From positions 1 through 27,702 of the IMG/VR virus record IMGVR_UViG_3300011417_000023: DNA of 27,702 bases; one strand, given 5' to 3'. Positions 25,801-27,702 of this stretch are shown piece by piece. The stretch is from a virus. Taxonomy: Duplodnaviria; Caudoviricetes. The notes below the pieces were generated by a model. That model saw only the letters and a list, made by a program, of their open reading frames with translations, ran no database searches and was not told the DNA's origin. The position numbers were made by a program, and so were the translations under genes. Every line of letters begins with the position of its first letter. Within the stretch, counting starts at the first letter, position 1.

Positions 25801-26694
25801 CTCGAGGCCCTCGATCTTCTCGGACAGGGTGAACGACTTCGTGCCCGCCTCGTCGAGGAGCACGAAGGTGTTGGGGAAGGGAACGCCCGCCGCTCTGTAG
25901 ACGGAGCCGGAGGCGATTTCGTTCTGTGCGTGGTCGAGGCTCTTGGTCGGCTTGAGCAGGTACGTCTTACCGGTCTCCGGATCCCTGTGCCAGGTGCCAC
26001 CCTGGGAGCCGAGCGGCCCCGGAACCTTGGGCCAGGACCGCACCTCATCCGCGGAGCGGGCGGGTGCACCCGTGGCCTCCTGCGTCGCCTGATCCCCGTC
26101 GTCGTCACCCGAGGTGAACTTGCCGTCCGACCCGCGCGGGTGATCCTCCTCGTTGAAGAGTTCCTGGATCTCACGGGCGCGTGCACGCTGGGCGGACAGG
26201 GGGACGGGAACACCCTCATCCATGAGGAGGGGAACGGCGATCGTCACGGCCCGCGTGGAGGGAGGGATCTGCTCGAGGGAACGGCGCATCGCCGTGGGGC
26301 GTGGGTACTCGCCCAGGGTGACGTGGGGCTCGTACGTGGGGAAGCGGTCGGGAGGGAGGGTCACGCCGCGTCGGGTGAGACGCGCGAGGAAGTCGTCACG
26401 CACACTTGTAAGAAGGGTTCGCTCGGGCTCCGGGATCAGGCTGACGACGCAGGCATCGGGATCCTCGGGAGGGCCGAACACCCGGGTCGTCGGGGCGACC
26501 TCCGTGTGGATGAACGAGCCGTCCTGGCTGGGGAAGACGGTGCGGGACGCCTCCTCCGCGATGATCTTGGCGTCCGCGGGTGTGGCGTCGTCCCCCACGT
26601 AGAGGAGTGTAACGTGAGGTGGGTAGTCGAGGGTATCCCCGTCGTAGGCGTCGGTGATGGGCCCGGACACGGGCATGACGACGCACAGGGCCAT
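19837..26694 (-). CDS. Giant polyvalent protein: 2H phosphoesterase + kinase-like domain + helical repeats + VIP2-like ADP-ribosyltransferase
   Basis: 2285 aa. Two HxT motifs (PHVTLLY, PHVTLG) in aa 1-160; kinase-like region (LGSQGG, YLLK, NE, DALL-x-HWDV-x-G-x3-DN, RIE-x-GG) in aa ~220-450; C-terminal ART with Y...N-x2-LR, VVTYRG, GYQSTS, EQELLLPRG. Confidence 0.88.
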   Translation of the reverse strand: MALCVVMPVSGPITDAYDGDTLDYPPHVTLLYVGDDATPADAKIIAEEASRTVFPSQDGSFIHTEVAPTTRVFGPPEDPDACVVSLIPEPERTLLTSVRDDFLARLTRRGVTLPPDRFPTYEPHVTLGEYPRPTAMRRSLEQIPPSTRAVTIAVPLLMDEGVPVPLSAQRARAREIQELFNEEDHPRGSDGKFTSGDDDGDQATQEATGAPARSADEVRSWPKVPGPLGSQGGTWHRDPETGKTYLLKPTKSLDHAQNEIASGSVYRAAGVPFPNTFVLLDEAGTKSFTLSEKIEGLEQRSASWWNQHPEVQAEAAKNFGVDALLSHWDVHGLNADNTLVTPDGIPVRIESGGAMAYRAMGDPKDSFAPGKPWVEPQSMRTSEQGKAMYGQMTDKAAAASLMRAALIDLDDVRASWRDAGISDLTSQKWADTLRERQEQIPSLVTKLLEEPFALRTSPARAQRIIALVAAACHMPAGTPDGGQFVPCDTPGAVDESGQTPAIQTADADAAAQQAAANPGAGPIKSLLNSGPTKSQAVAYALNKLKNTPEGAKSVASAVNYGKQTVYAYPGSKFKELVVTPNPDGKGHLYELVPHGKLSTTLEPHAAVQEATSTEQMADTLAGKVADASYAAAAEAAALAASPTPSVPDASEKTLSYATDKTAFIQGVLADSKAGLIPPAAAAGLMTLLAYGAPQGELAAVATGQASFSANTWEFVAAQVADGTLSLEAASTLVGEQFKLAGVDLGAITSAQYFSTNLSNVLASLTPDAPPYATGVLNGPASGIITATVVPSEAQTPTLSAHTYAMAGESVYSLLIVSEDNGTISTAAGGGYGQLVSEDADALFTPLAIAAVVNDEATFNQDQWNQVAVMLADGEISENRVIAMFADQYFGGSTLEAGEWLANFGGTLVQALPDAAESVMNGDMGHFPPAPWDPSVPAEFPGTPEPSIMPTGTSPEAAALGSFTAFTGYLDDKFGAGSSVNDAYSVLSTNLGTVPIAQVLLGEREFTPKEWATIKEMYVNGSLTVVEGMSILADRYPPTDPTVLIDMAASGLNTWTELEEFAQATHNELGPGAAGGYPNASFYVTDDPGNMAFFEQVQEAMTFGAIPVGTAGGFQKLWDLANDPDAPAPEPLAVAAAWTGEAMFNLEQWDTIDEMRMGGILTDDEVAGLLAYQLAGGQEAPEGYIASNADAFVEQLEAGLTPSSIVLEAQANAETPIPPEFDAGAGLPGQTPLELQSVGPIDFTPPAPKDFYAGPTKAAGGLTALTYDHLIANSAGNKILTDALESAKHGAMISPVAWSMLHGALQSDLIDYDQVASILNHQNVQGYEDTYTSVEQTLEQLAFASEPAQDAGQNFPSTGVTFAPPSAEAQELASDITKLSVAVSGKYGFLQDGYAALLDPSSGIPPVVIAAAVLGESKFNGNATLKMLTAYEQGKLTPQTLAAVISDQHKLTASERVAVYEILAAGFDDYDKVGSFNEALAKAAEIATDAGNMPPTFGAKPPGVGDDKVPGPLAKAASAAYTTVATEYTTDKSVVEALKGGALTTQGWAAVHNALVDGKITSGQANDIVHHQLGGATIVPNLDVQSVLFDLQHSIYPMGAVLPPMQAGVSQAQAALNTTSNAAGDLQAKLDAHDVSPWTNYKNAVETQAASLDLYAPDVASALETLGTHHSGAATLATGGTMNDEQFIKTMDTLIHSSELHTQDVIALTALQYGVASGQVWANAGLDPNDPNPLDNLDKLNLMQATASQSFTTNALGGKVYGDPKSGIVEDWNPKTGVGKFPTYAVKPTSEARQLIAQVKKGAATTEWHGKDANGFPTSKFQVGNTVLTLNAAGAVVEKLSELDRNGATKIWQAPPPMQMNVDYQALGNTKMMSSEDFLKFTPPPTPAPQPAPSPVPVVGQQVSKEGAGVMPKPGSYQTKDAFGKSLKAGSREYKRLALLNQNIGNAKFVKHVNGPLTDADRKAIESAKYGTSKAPDIAVSGYSRYVMHDGVLTILKGINPHGQETTRVVYTFGEKNYQTSGWSKVVVSDEQKVALAQQTTATGKTIAPQITPIPQGGVFLGDQPTNNATVPRAQGHSAVEAWGNKAFGTAGGKPRYTASEWSALYKYGDGHYSTVNGALRSAKGDLSKVTTGNSMIQSLDSALMRQRTPEAVVTYRGGLGSYEQKIREMPVGSIMRDQGYQSTSIGGGWGSHGLQMRIEVPAGTPAAWKPGNAHPGEQELLLPRGTILVKTGEVFQENGQWVAPMKLVAIQADVLDVQEALGLQGGTVVGAAAMLRRLLEEVRAA
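21559..24625 (-). repeat. About eight degenerate ~45-aa helical repeats inside the giant protein
   Basis: Protein-level consensus A-x4-G-x3-F-x4-W-x2-h-x6-G-x-[LI]-[TS]-x7-h-x2-Q-[YFLH]; not evident as DNA repeats. Confidence 0.7.
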
Positions 26695-26700
26695 GGGACG

Positions 26701-26706
26701 ATCCTA
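26701..26706 (-). promoter_or_regulatory. Putative -10 element (TAGGAT) of a leaderless promoter for the giant gene
   Basis: Minus strand TAGGAT-CGTCCC-ATG; the TAG doubles as the primase stop codon. Confidence 0.45.
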
Positions 26707-27702
26707 ATCGTCGGTGATGATCCTGAAGACGTCCGGGTGGTAGCGCTCGAGGGTCATCAGGTCGGCCTCGTAACGGTCCGGGTCTGGGCGGGGAGGGTCG
26801 GTGGCCCGGGTGTACTTGGCGAGTGCTGTGTTCAGGGAGAAGTAGTCCTCGGCCTCGGGAGGTTGGGCGACGCGGGGGAAGAAGACGTGTGTGATGTAGC
26901 GAATCGCACGCTCGTAGGGCCAGCTTGAGTTGCGCAGGTTCACCGCGCAGCTAAAGGCCGCCTCGTCGCGGCGCCCGGGTGGAACGTGATCGGGTGGGTC
27001 GTGCACCGGGAAGTTCGTGAGGTCACCGTGGGACGTCGCGTCGTCGGGTGCGAGGTCGGTGAGGGTGGAGCGAAGGTAGAGGAGGGTGTCGAGGGTAAAG
27101 GGAGCGGAGGAGGCGTCGTACGACACCTCCGTGTACGTGCCCTCACCGTCTGGGGGACGGATGACGGAGGGTGGGGTGACGACGTACGCGCCCCGCAGCT
27201 GAAGGTCCGCGCCCGGGATCCGTAGGGTTCGGAGGTGCTCACTGGATGTATCACTTGCGAGCGTAAGTGATACGTAAACGTGTAGGCCACCCGAGGGAGT
27301 CGTCACCGCGCGGCGAATGAAGTTGGATGCACGGAGGCGGTCAACGATCTCCATCACGCGCGGGTAGGTGGAGATGGGAGAGCCGATGGGCGGGGGGTCA
27401 ACGTCGAGGACGGCGAGTCGGGAGACGGGACCGGTCTCCACGCCAACGTTCGCGTTGAGGTGGGTGAGTGAGTCGGCGGCGTCGCTCACGGCCATGAGTT
27501 GGGCAACGTCACCCCGGGTGAAGAGTGTCTGAAAGGTCCGGGTGCCGGGTGGGGGGAGGGGACCCGCGAAGCTGGCACCCGCGAGGAGGAGCTCTTGGCG
27601 CGCCTCGGGAGGGAGGCGGGTACTGGCCGCGCCCGGGAGTAGGGGGCGCTTGCCACCCGGGCGCAGGGCGACGGTGTGCCAGCGCTCCGCGACGTGGAGG
27701 AG
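26704..27702 (-). CDS. Bifunctional DNA primase/polymerase (Prim-Pol) with PriCT-like domain, 5'-partial
   Basis: The frame is open from 27702 with no stop (LLHVAERWHTVALRPGGKRP...), supplying the N-terminal P-x2-K-x-P motif missing from the 263-aa call; then NVGVETG..LAVLDVD, TPSGGLHVY, YVVTPPS and PriCT-like G-x-R-D-x2-AF. Confidence 0.88.
   Translation of the reverse strand, partial: LLHVAERWHTVALRPGGKRPLLPGAASTRLPPEARQELLLAGASFAGPLPPPGTRTFQTLFTRGDVAQLMAVSDAADSLTHLNANVGVETGPVSRLAVLDVDPPPIGSPISTYPRVMEIVDRLRASNFIRRAVTTPSGGLHVYVSLTLASDTSSEHLRTLRIPGADLQLRGAYVVTPPSVIRPPDGEGTYTEVSYDASSAPFTLDTLLYLRSTLTDLAPDDATSHGDLTNFPVHDPPDHVPPGRRDEAAFSCAVNLRNSSWPYERAIRYITHVFFPRVAQPPEAEDYFSLNTALAKYTRATDPPRPDPDRYEADLMTLERYHPDVFRIITDD

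Noticed and set aside
7703-26928. Long plus-strand ORFs (e.g. 7703..8836, 21919..23193, 25702..26928)
   Set aside because: Antisense shadows of high-GC3 minus-strand genes; no motifs or RBS support.
26704-27495. Prim-Pol appearing N-terminally truncated (pseudogene)
   Set aside because: The frame is open to the window edge and contains the missing N-terminal motif, so the gene is just partial.
1-27702. CRISPR arrays, tRNA/rRNA genes, integrase/transposase, introns or inteins in terL and nrdJ
   Set aside because: No spaced repeats or RNA-gene patterns seen, intergenic gaps are very short, and TerL and NrdJ are of normal length with contiguous motifs.

Overview
This window is a high-GC fragment of a tailed phage (or prophage) genome, probably infecting an actinobacterium (it carries a WhiB regulator and actinophage-type head genes). 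All credible genes lie on the minus strand and are tightly packed. In order of transcription (right to left): a partial Prim-Pol primase/polymerase; a 2285-aa multidomain protein (2H phosphoesterase, PI3/PI4K/HipA-like kinase, about 8 degenerate helical repeats, VIP2-type ADP-ribosyltransferase); a small ORF; terminase large subunit; two hypotheticals; class II ribonucleotide reductase; a hypothetical; WhiB; a DUF1360-like membrane protein; a portal with a MuF-like C-terminal extension; capsid maturation protease; an HK97 gp10-like protein; major capsid; a second capsid-type (pentamer-like) protein; a probable virion protein; holin; M15-type endolysin; and a run of small beta-rich probable virion/tail proteins leaving the left edge. 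The most striking observation is a short peptide cassette, R-x3-G-[RKQ]-F, preceded by a putative protease site and often an Arg-rich helix. It recurs in three otherwise unrelated proteins (the giant protein, a 230-aa protein and the protease tail) and sits at domain boundaries. This suggests a head-packaging and processing system for injected anti-defence or host-takeover enzymes. All family calls come from motif recognition by eye; no database search was run.
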